A DNA stretch of 61,437 bases, filler included, from Basidioascus undulatus (lineage: Eukaryota), in assembly GCA_000826855.1 (NCBI GenBank). It is 6 parts of 6 records of this genome, joined end to end, with 100 filler letters (N's around TTAATTAATTAA, not from the genome) between each part and the next. Parts side by side here need not be neighbours in the genome. Positions count along the whole stretch, not along the records: positions 51,298 to 61,437 come from JTLS01001179.1; 5 more parts are not named here. The stretch is one strand, 5' to 3'. How positions within the stretch are numbered: position 1 is the first letter of the stretch; each line of letters opens with the position of its first letter. The translations under genes were made by a program, and so were the position numbers. Shown one piece after another: positions 51,298 through 61,437 of this stretch. The notes below the pieces were generated by a model. That model worked only from the letters and a program-made list of their open reading frames with translations, made no database searches and was not told where the DNA came from.

Positions 51298-52471
51298 CCC
51301 ACCAACACAGTCAGCTTCACCGTCCGGCCGGGGATCAAAGGGAGACGGGGAAGGGGAATGGGCGGAGGGAAAGGGAGAGGGAGAGAAGGAAAGCGACAGA
51401 CCTCCTCCTCCTCCTCCTCGTCGCCGCCGGCCTCCTTGGCCGCCGCGGCGCGCGCGCGCTTGCGCTTGACGCGGCCGGGACGGGCACCGCCATAGGGCGA
51501 GGTGAGGGCGAAGTCGATGTGCTCTGTGAGATGAGCCGAAGGCGAGTGTCAGCGCGCACACGGGGATGGGAAGGAGCAGGGAGGTGGTGAGAATAGAGGG
51601 GAAACAGGGAACGCACTCTGCGAGTCAAGGCGGACGACGAACGAGGGGACGTTGACGATCTGCTTGCCGACGCGGATGTGGCGCTGGCGGATGAGGACGC
51701 GCGCGTGGTGGATCGACTTGGCGAGGCCCGACTTGAAGACCTGCGTCTGCAGGCGGCGCTCGAGGAAGTCCTCGATCTTCAGGGCGAGGACGTAGTCGAG
51801 ACGCCTGGAAATGCGGAGGTGTTCAGTTTCGGGGACGGTGGAAGGGGAAGGGAAGTGAGGGGAGGAGAGAAGAGAGAAGACTGAACGCACATGCGGGTCT
51901 CGTCGAGCACGCCGATGCGAACAAGACGGCGGATGAGGGCATTGCCCTCGAAGAGGCGCTTGGGGTCCTTCTCCTCGAGCTTGAGGAGCTCACGCGCGGC
52001 ACGGCGGATCTTGGAGAGCGTGAGCGCGATGCGCCAGATCTCGCGCTTGTTGCGGAGGCCGTACTCGCCCGCGAGCTGAACACCACCATCGCCGTCAGTT
52101 CCAAGTCTTCGCGCCGGAGAAGGTGAAAGTTGGAGAAGAGAGGGGAGGGGGGAGGAAAGGGGAGAATGACAGACCTTGAGCTCAGCGTCAAGACGCGCCG
52201 ACTCGAAGGGGCGGCGGGGGACCTTGTAGGTCTTGCTGTGGTTGCGGGGGGCCCTGCAAAAAAGAGAAGAGATACGCGCGAACGCACCAGACCAGCAGCC
52301 ATCAGAACCAGTTCGGGGAAAAACTTGAGTCATGCACGCGCGCTCGACCACGCCTTGGCCTGCCTATCGCGTGGTACCCCCCCGCGCGAGGCGAGGAGGC
52401 AGAGCACACGAGGGAGGACAGGACGGCAAGGGGGTCTGAGCTCCGGAGGTGATGAAGGCCCACCTGGGCAT
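51298..52471 (-). CDS. RPS9: 40S ribosomal protein S9 (uS4); stop codon probably just beyond contig end
   Basis: [86 protein letters not shown]. Confidence 0.97.
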
Positions 52472-52984
52472 CTTGAGCTACGGTTCGTCCGGGTCTTGAC
52501 GGCCTGGAGAAGGGGGGGGGAGAGAGGTGTGAGGATGGGGTATAGGAGAGTAGAATACAATGACGAGCAAACGGGCGTGCGTACGGGAGCGAGCGAGACG
52601 ACGGGAAAAAGAGAAGAGAGCCCGGCCAGGCAGCTTTGAAGGGGGGCGCCCGCACTTCGCGCCGCGCGCAAGGCGAATTTGTTGACCGCCCTTTCGGCGA
52701 GATGTGGGTTTGCAAACGCCGATAGCGCGCTGGCGGCTCCGCGCAATCTTTCTCGCCTTGCTGCGCTGCAACTTGATCGAGTTCCGAGGTCTCTCCAACG
52801 TTTCGAACGTGAGTATATCGCACTCTCGCCGCACACACCGACGACGTACGACCCACCCTCCGCCGCCGACATCCCTGCGCACTCCACCCGCCCCCGCTCG
52901 CCGTCCACCGGGAGGGATAATATTCGCTGACTCTGTCCCCTCCGTCTTCCTTACCTTCCCCGCCCTCCAGCGTAGCTCATCAAG

Positions 52985-53978
52985 ATGCCGCACTCGTGCG
53001 TCCCCCTCCTCCGCACGCCCTCCCACGCCGTGATGCTGACGCCCGTACCCCCGTAGGTTCGGTCTCCGCGCGCGCACGCGCCACAGTACGTCGTGGAGGG
53101 AGCGGGACTTGGGGCTGGGTCGGGACTGGCAGGAAGACTGACGTTGGGATGGTGGTCTGGCCGGGTGCTTGACTAGTGTTCAAGCGTGGCTTCAAGGGTG
53201 CGTTGCATGCTTTTGGGTGTAGATGAGGAGAAGAGACGGGAGACTGACGGCGGTGGGCATGGCAGAGCACGGCCCGATCCGGTTGTCGACCTACCTCAAG
53301 ACCTACAAGGTCGGTGACATCGTCGACATCAAGGCCAACGCGGCCGAGCAGCGTGGTATGCCCCACAAGTACTACCACGGGTGAGTCTATCCCTTCTCCA
53401 TTCCACACCTTCGCCTTTCCCCGGCGCTCTCCGTCAAATCCCGAGCAAGTTAGCTGAGAAGGCTGTTGTGTGATCCAGCCGCACCGGCATCGTCTACAAC
53501 GTCACCCCCCGCGCGGTGGGCGTGATCGTGTACAAGGTCGTCGGCTCGCGCTACCTCGAGAAGCGCGTGAACCTGCGCGTCGAGCACGTCCGCCACTCCA
53601 AGTGCCGCGACGAGTTCCTCGCCCGCGTCAAGACTAACGCCGCCAAGAAGCGCGAGGCCAAGGAGAAGGGCGAGCATGTCGTCCTCAAGCGCTTCGCCGC
53701 CCAGCCGCGCGACGCCCGCAGCGTCAAGGGCCAGGACGGCGCGGAGACCATCGTTCCCCTCGCGTGCGTGGTTTTCCCTCGCCTTCCCTCCTTTACCTTC
53801 CTCCGCGTTCCCTCGTTCTTTCCCCTTCTTACCGTTCCCCGCTTTTCCCCTAACCTTTTCTCCCACCCTTCTATTCCCCTCTCGCCCTACCTTCTGTCAA
53901 CCGTCTTCATCTCCGTCTTTCTTCCCTTCTGACCACTCCCTCCCCTCGCCGTGCAACAGCTACGAGACCTACATCTAA
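52985..53978 (+). CDS. RPL21: 60S ribosomal protein L21 (eL21)
   Basis: MPHS|FGLRARTRH|..FKRGF|EHGPIRLSTYLKTYKVGDIVDIKAN..GMPHKYYHG|RTGIVYNVT..YLEKRVNLRVEHVRHSKCR..YETYI*. Confidence 0.97.
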
Positions 53979-54986
53979 ACCATGTATATCTCTGGCGGGC
54001 GGTTGGATGGGTCTTACGACGAGCGACTTGTTTTCGGGCCAGGGCACGACGTCGATATGCTGCTTCCATACGTTCCTCCATGTATTCCCCTTCAGAGCAT
54101 GAGACGTCGGTGACCGCTGAGCTGAGAGGGTGTGCGAGTGCGTGTGAAAGGGGAAAGTGGGAGAGACAAGGACTGGTTCTTAGGATGGGGTTTGGGACCG
54201 CCGCCGCAAGGACGGCCTTCAGCGCGGCCTCGGCGGCTTCACGCTGGCTGTATGCGGACTCGGGCGGCTGCACGTGGCACTTGACTGCTTGCAGTGAACT
54301 TGGCGAAGCCGCAGTATGCCTTCCGTCGTGTCCATCGTCTGCGAGCGTCGAGCGTCCCACAGCCTGCTGAGGTACAGCATCGCGCTGGACACCAACATTC
54401 AAAGTCCCACCCTGGCTAAAATGGCAGTCCATGTTAGATGTGTGAACTTATTAGTATAGCATGGAAGCTTTCGGGTGACTGCTCTGCGGCCACTGCTGTT
54501 GTCGGTCATGGCGACTCGAGTGAGGGAGGATGTGCCCGTGCAAACCCTGGGTGATACCGTACTGGACACAACATCCGGTGCCTGGTCTGCCATAAGGGCG
54601 TAACGACGAGACTGAAGCAAGGCCTGGTAGACCTTTTTTACTGTCAAATGGGCATATGCAGTAGCTACAAAGTTTCCATGGTTGGGGGAGCGGCGGTGCC
54701 CAGCGCTTGCCGTCGAGCTGACCACGCGTCGCGCTGGCTTGCGCTGGCAGCTAAGCCACTAGCATGTGAAACTTCAAATCCGTACGTATTACCCAAATTG
54801 TGCTCTTCGGAAGGGTAGAGTAGTCGTCGAAGCAAACATAACGACGCGGCGTCCTCATGCATTGTCAAGGTTTGCCCGGGGCTGCATGGAGTCGCTCCCC
54901 TTCACGACTCGCCTGCCGTCGACCTACAACCACAGAACCACTGCATCAAATCCCATACTTCGTTCAGAACCGCATACTCCCTCGCC

Positions 54987-56732
54987 ATGCAAGGCACCGC
55001 CGCCCCCTTCCCCTTCCTGATCGCGTACTACGCCTTCCAGCTCGCGGGCTCGCTGAGCCTCGCATTCCTGCTCGTCACCACGCTTGCGGACACGTGCGTC
55101 GTGCGCGACCGCTCGACGACGTTTTTCTTGGGCGTGTTCGTATTCACCGGCATCATCAACACGCTGCTGTACTTCACCGGGAGCGTCGCGAGCGAGCGTC
55201 CCGAGAATGGGCTTAGGATCGCGAGCGCGGTGTTTTGGCTGTGGTCACTACCGTTCCAGGCTGCGGCGACGCTGGGGCTCGTGGTAAAGGTGAGTAGAGT
55301 CCTTCGGTGTGTTTGTAAGATATTGAGCTGAATGAGGTTTGTCGGATGTGCGGAATAGATCTGGAGCGTTGTCACGAGCGAAACGAAGGGAGTACGGTTC
55401 CGCAAGTTTGCCGACAAGCTGGCGTCAACGAAGGTGGTGAGTGCTGATATCACAAGATTTCATGATACGTAGAGGCCTAGAGTACTGGGATTGCAGCTTC
55501 TCACTTTCCCGTGGCTTGCGTCGTTGCCGACTCTGGTCACCGCATTGACGGTCCGTTTAGCGCGGTCTTTCCAACTCTCAGAAAACCCGCACTAACAACC
55601 ATATACGGCTACACAGCATGCCCTAAAACACGTAGACGACGTCGTCGCGAGCGACTACTTCTTTGTCCTCAAGCACTCGAAGATGTAGAGCTTCCTCCGT
55701 GTGCAGCCCAAAAATAAGATGAGATGGGACTGACGCCTCCTTTGCTTTGAAAGTCAAAACGCGACCATCCTCTTCTGCAACTTCCTCCTCTTCTTCACAC
55801 TCGTTGTCGCCGCTTGGTCTGCCTTTTCCTACAGCCAATGGGACCTGTCGACATTCGGCCGCAAAGGCCAAATCGACACATATACCGTCTGTCGGATCTT
55901 CACGTTCTGCGGTCTGGCAGCAGTCGTTTTTGCGTTTGTCCTGTTTGTGTCTCTTCCTGGGTTGGTTGAGGTACTGACAGCATGATGTCGATGGTCAGCC
56001 TCTTTCTCTTCTCGTACATTCTGCACAAGGGCTCAAAATTCACGACCCTTCTGCTCGGCGCCTTGCCGTTCGCCATTTTCTTGATTTTTGCGAGCCAGCC
56101 GGTATGTTCGAGATGAGGTCGATACAGCTTCTAGGTTCAGACTGACCGCGCAGTGACATTCCTTGTAGGACATTCTCAGAGCGTGGCACGTCCCCGAGCA
56201 CCTCATCCCTCATATCAGCACCTTCTCTTCGGCGTTCTGGAAAATGATCGCCAGCCCCGCCCACGTCGACCCTCGGCACATCCTAAACTTTGCCGCGGAA
56301 GTGCTGCGAACGGGTGAGACCATATCTCTCGACAGATGCAACTTCTTTTCCCCTAACGAGGTGGCTCTCTCAGCGTGGAACGAGGCGCAGTCGGCCGAGA
56401 GCAAAGCGTACCAAGATACGATGGAAGGAAAGGGGGAGGGATACGGCATATACTGGCAGTACGACGTGGACGACATGGACCAGGACGGGGAAGCCGTCGG
56501 CGGCCAGGAGGAGGAGGCGGCTCACGGGAATGGCGACGCAGTTCCGGAGGGGAAGGAAAATGGGACGGAGAACGGCGGTAAACCGTCTCAGGAGGATAGT
56601 GCTCTCCCGCGGCCCGAGGTTGAGTCGCTCAAGAAGGGCGGTCGTCGGCAGCGGTCCGGGTCGTACATCAGGAAGGGGTCTGAAACGGAGTACAAGGTCT
56701 TGGGGCGACACAGGGACAGTGCTGTGGTGTAA
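54987..56732 (+). CDS. Seven-transmembrane GPCR-like protein with acidic cytoplasmic tail
   Basis: Spliced product has about 7 hydrophobic segments ending LPFAIFLIFASQP|DILRAW, a pattern seen in basidiomycete orphan 7TM proteins. Confidence 0.6.
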
Positions 56733-57152
56733 ACCTGTATCAACAAGCAGCGCATGACTCGAGATGGTTTGCGAAGACTGTGAAATGTCATAATCAAATC
56801 GTTGTCAAGACTGTAGGGAACAGCGCTCGCGGCGGCGGCGGGTTCGCATGCGGAAATCCCACTGTCCCTGCGCGGCTGTTGCGGCCAAGTGTCCGCATCT
56901 GGCAGCGCGCTCTCCCTTACAAACCACTCCTAAGTCCAACAATGGCAAGTACAATGCAACCCAGACTTGCTCAAGCTCACTTCTCACGCTGCCGCTCACG
57001 TGCAAGACGTACAAGACTTTCAAGACACCACTCCAACGGAGTTTCGCAGGAAGGTTTCGCAGGTGACCTGATTCATCCGCTTGTTCATTCGTCGGACAGA
57101 ACGTCTCTTGACTACATTCCACCATCTTCCCACCGAGCACCTCCCACCCATC

Positions 57153-57702
57153 ATGCTTGGTCACCACTGCCGTTCACTTCCGCTGCTTCTCTGCCCCCGA
57201 CTTCAGCTGGTGGGCTCCCAAGCTGCGAGACTGCATGTTTCGGCGGAGAGACGGGTCATCCGTCAGGAGGGTGCTACCGCCGAGCACGGGAAGTGGAAGG
57301 ACCGAGAGAGGGCCCAGGAGGTGCGAAATGAGGTCGTCACAATGGTCGATAAGTGAAGACTTGCTAACAGGAGATCCTTTGTAGAACGTTTACTTCCTAA
57401 ACAGGGTACGCGGTGGATTTGCCCGGTACGGTGCAAAGTCTTCGAAGCCAACGCTGACCTTCTCACAGGAGCAAGAGGCTCTCGCAAAGCTCCGAAAGAA
57501 GCTCGCTGCCCAGATACAGCGCATCGACACCCACCTAAGCGCGGTCAACGAGGCGGAGCAGGTTTCCCAGTCGGAGGAGGCCGAGCAGGCGGCGCAGATC
57601 GCGCGTCTCGAGCGCGACATCGAGGTCATGCTGGACCAGCTCCTCAAAGCAAAGGCACGCCATATTCCTCCGCCTGGGACGCCGGGACCGAGCGGGGCTT
57701 GA
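57153..57702 (+). CDS. Mitochondrial F1Fo-ATPase inhibitor (IF1/Inh1)-like protein
   Basis: Presequence then EGATAEHGKWKDRERAQE|NVYFLNR|EQEALAKLRKKL coiled coil; two GT-AG introns; TGA 57700-57702. Confidence 0.7.
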
Positions 57703-57827
57703 TGCAGTGCGAGAGCCGGTCGCGGGGCGGCACTCGCCAGGCTCGGGCAGACGCAGCAGCGGAGGGAAGAATCAGATAGCGTAACATGGGTACAACGATT
57801 TGGTCAGGAGATCATGGCTATCGATTT

Positions 57828-60800
57828 TCAGAGCTTCGACGGCGTTCGGATGCGTGCCTTATCCTTCCCGCGCTCGAACAGGGGCTTCAGCGAGGACTGC
57901 GGGCGCAATAGTGTCAGTCGAAAGCCTCGCCATATTTCGCAGGCACTGCACACCTTGTAGCTGCCCACAATGTCAGTCTGGTTGAGTGGCTCATCCCCCG
58001 CACGGGAAATGAGAGCTTCGTAAACCCTCCCGTCCGCCACGCCCAGCGCGCTGGTCGAGGCGAAAGAAGAAAAGGTCAGTTATCGGTGATAGACGCCAGA
58101 TCTGCGCAGGCCATTCACCCACCTGTTCAGCTCCCAGTCCGAGAACGAGAACGCGTCCGTGAGGCGGATCGCTTCGGGGACTATACTCTGCGCAAGCTGC
58201 AAGATAGCTTGACGGAGAGTAGCGACGCTGTCGGAGGCCGGATCGAGCACCTGCAGTTCCAAGACGTCCGCCAGGCCCTCCTCCACGGACGTGAGGATGT
58301 ACTGAAGACAGGCATGCAGTGAGCTTCTTTCGGTTGAAAAAAGGCTGAAAACCCACGAGCTGCAAGACATTCCGCATCACCTCCCACTCCCGAGAGCCCT
58401 TCCCCAGTGCGTGCGCCAACAACCCATCGTCCTGCAGAGCGTCTGCGGCCCTGGAAGCCACGAACGCCTGCGAGACCGCCTTGGCGATCCGCGCTGCTTC
58501 CCAGCTGGCTGACTCGAGCGACGTCTCCCCGGCCGCGATCCGCTTCTCGAGCTGCTGCACCAGAAGCGCAGCACGGCAGTCCAAAACGCAGAGTGCGGGT
58601 GAACCGGAGTGGTCAAGCCAGACGTGCGGCTCGGGCGCAGAGATGCGTGGGAGCGAGGCGAGGGTGAGAACGGAGAGATAGGACGAGGAAGGCGTAAAAT
58701 GTTGAGAAGGGTTGGAGCGTATGGCAAGGAGGGTTTTGAGAGCGGCCCGGGCGACTCTGTCCGGAAGGAAAGGTTGAGAGAATAGCGGCAATGGAGAAGC
58801 AAGAGATCCGCACTGCATGTTGAGTACAAAATTATCCCCCTCGTAAGTCTGGCTGGGCACGAAGTTGGCGAAAAGCTGCACCTGGCAGTGTCAGAATTTA
58901 GGACGACGAAAGCTTTCATTGTGCACTCACATTGCCGATGCCAGAGAAAGCGGAGTATCCGTGTCCGCCCATCGACTTTCGCGCGCTCTCCAAACCAGCC
59001 TGTACCGAATACCTCATCATTCAGGTCTTCAAATAAAGTACGTGCAACTTACCGTGACCTGCTCCGACACGAACACTTTGAGACCGCTTGAAACGGCATG
59101 CGCCTCCGCACTGCGAAACATCTCGCGTCAGGGTTCGTCGCTTTCCGAGGGTGAACAGACGTACAGGAGGCTGGTGTCCCCGGTGCGCAGCAGACCAGCC
59201 ATCTCGTTGAACAGCTCGCTCTAAAGATAGAAGCTCAGCACCGAGGGATGCGGACATTGTAGAACAGACAACTGACCATGCTGCGTCCGACGATGATGAA
59301 GGCGTAGGCCTTTGCGAGCAGCTGAGCGGAGGAGAGCAAGGGCAATTAAGCAAATGATGTAATTGAGCAAAAAAATCAGAAGAAACTAACAGGGATTAGG
59401 CGCATGTATGTCGAAGGATACGAGATGACTTGCTGCTCAAGCCCGCCCGTCCTGGTCGATGCGCCGCCCTGCCGCCGGACGGTCGCGTAGCGGATCGAGA
59501 CAGTCGAGGCTGAGGCAAGGTGCCAAGCGAGGCTTTCAATCATGCTTTTTCGCTTGATTTGCGTTAGCTATGCTTGTCCACCGAACAGTGAAGGGGCGCA
59601 GCCTTACTTTGCGCGGACTGGAACACGCAGCGCGCCGTCAGTCGGATTGGAAATGGGTGGAGCGCGCAGAGTGAGAATTACTCACTGGACACCATCTGTA
59701 ATGGCGAAACATCAGTAAGTTTGCATCATGAGCAATGGTAGGCGGAGGCGCTTACCCCTCCGTATGACAGCTTCGCATGCGGCGGCTTGACGTACTCGCC
59801 GTCGGGCGTGACTTGGGCGAAGCGGCACAGCATGTTCTCGCGCGGGATCCGAACCCGATCGAACATAAGGTCTGAAATTTGAAGGTAAGTAGGTTTTCGA
59901 TCATCATACTATACTGGAGAAGACTGGGGGGACGCACAGCCGTTATCAACACCTCCGTACCCGGCATACGCTTTCGGACCTATCCGCTCAACCCCTCCGG
60001 TAAGCCAAAGCCTTTTCCGGGTTACATTCTCGCACACACGTACCGATGTCTCCCGTCTTCACGCCCGGCATAAGCTCATGCGTATCCCAGTCCCTGATCT
60101 GCACCCAGAAAAGATGGGGCCCCATCTCCTTCCGGCCTGCATCGAGCAGTAGCCGGGCCTGCACGACGCAGACGTTGGCCGTCTTTCCCGCCGCACCGAT
60201 CCACCACTTGCGTGCTGTGAGAGTCGGAGTGTGGATCTCGAACTCCTTTCGCACAGGGTCATACGTCGCCGTCGTTTCGAGCGATGACACTTGCGTGCCA
60301 TGGCCGAGCTGCGTGATGAATGGTAAAATCAGGTCCGCATTCCACCAATGCGTTCTAGGAAACGCAGGCGAACCTCGGTCTGCAGCGGCAATTGCATGAG
60401 CACAGGTCCGTGAGCGCACATTTCACTCATGCACCCAAGCAGGACGATAGCGAACCTGGGCATAAGCACCGAATACCTTGTGATACAGTAGCTCAGTTCG
60501 GGAACAGCTAAGGTTTCAAGATCTTGAATGGAACTTACCCGGTAATGCTCCATCAGCTCGCCCCACTTCTTCGCCTGCTCGTTGCTGCCTTGGCTCATCA
60601 CGACGGGCCTGAAGGCTGAAATGTAGGCCGAGTAAAACACCCCGACGTCAGCCACAGTTCTCGATATGTAGGTATTGCAAGAAATTTACGTACCACCTTC
60701 ATGCAAGTCCCACGGTGCAGGCTCGCTCCCGATGAGCTTCATCATGATCTTGAGCTCCTCGGAACCCCACCCATGTGCGTCCAAGATTTGATGCATGCGG

Positions 60801-61143
60801 AGGATCTGCCCGTGCGAGCGCTCGACCTTTTGCGCATGCGTCAAGAATGGCCTGTTAGAGCTTCAGTTCAGCAAATCGATCGAAAAGGGGGAGAGCCACT
60901 GACGAGTCCCGCTTTGAGAAGACGGGGTCGGCTTCGAGGGCCGCGCGGACGCGATCGCGCCGCTGGAGGGCTTCGCTACTATCTGGGAAATGTTCTCATG
61001 CTCAGATTTGAGTGTATCGTACGGAAAGTGAAGGCATGAAGCAACGAACGATGCAGCCACTCAGCAATCTGGACAGTCTGCACTGTCCCGCCTTGGCGAG
61101 CGGCGCGCATGTCCAGCGCCGTTTGAGCGTTTACATCGTGCAT
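57828..61143 (-). CDS. POX1: Peroxisomal acyl-CoA oxidase
   Basis: [92 protein letters not shown]-terminal PTS1 SKL*. Confidence 0.93.
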
Positions 61144-61361
61144 GGTGAGGGTAGATCGATCAATATTGATTTTTGTCTGGGTATGATGAACCAGGCTATA
61201 GGAAGGTAGGGAGGAGGAAACGTCGCAAATTGGGGAGATGGGGAGAGCGCCGGCCCGCAGTCTGCTGCCGGCTCCGGCTTTCTTCTGGACCCGGACCGGC
61301 TGCCCTCCCCAGCCGGTCGGGAAAACCTGTAACTATGTTATTTTTGGAGAAAAATAAACAA

Positions 61362-61435
61362 CTCTTCAGGTGAGACTTGAACTCACAACCTCCCGATTAA
61401 CAGTCGGACGCGCTAACCAATTGCGCCACCGAAGA
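61362..61435 (-). tRNA. tRNA-Asn(GTT)
   Basis: TCTTCGG TGGCGCAATTGGTTAGCGC G TCCGA CT-GTT-AA TCGGG AGGTT GTGAG TTCAAGT CTCAC CTGAAGA G; downstream T-run. Confidence 0.95.
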
Positions 61436-61437
61436 CG

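Overview
Intron-rich, GC-rich fungal (basidiomycete-type) nuclear DNA. The window is not one locus. It is six ~10.1-kb contigs of non-increasing length (10170, 10163, 10163, 10157, 10144, 10140 bp) joined by identical artificial 100-bp N44-TTAATTAATTAA-N44 spacers, so adjacency across gaps carries no meaning. Recognisable genes: WDR48/UAF1-like WD40 protein, two paralogous SDRs, ATL1, ARPC2, a SIZ/PIAS PINIT fragment, CLP1, an EF-hand type II NADH dehydrogenase, RKI1, Sec61-beta, a VAMP7-like longin SNARE, an alpha/beta-hydrolase, an STL1-like sugar porter divergent from a levoglucosan kinase/AnmK-family kinase, a G-alpha, NDUFAF6, TACO1/YebC, RPS9, RPL21, a 7TM receptor-like protein, an IF1-like protein and acyl-CoA oxidase. 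There are three tRNAs (Lys-CTT, Pro-AGG with a 9-nt intron, Asn-GTT) and several pseudogenes (signal-peptide FMO, DUF6535-like, MYND-like). The best candidate for an undescribed system is the head-to-head sugar porter plus variant anhydrosugar kinase with a SYGGRG-rich shared promoter. Family assignments come from recognised motifs, not database searches.
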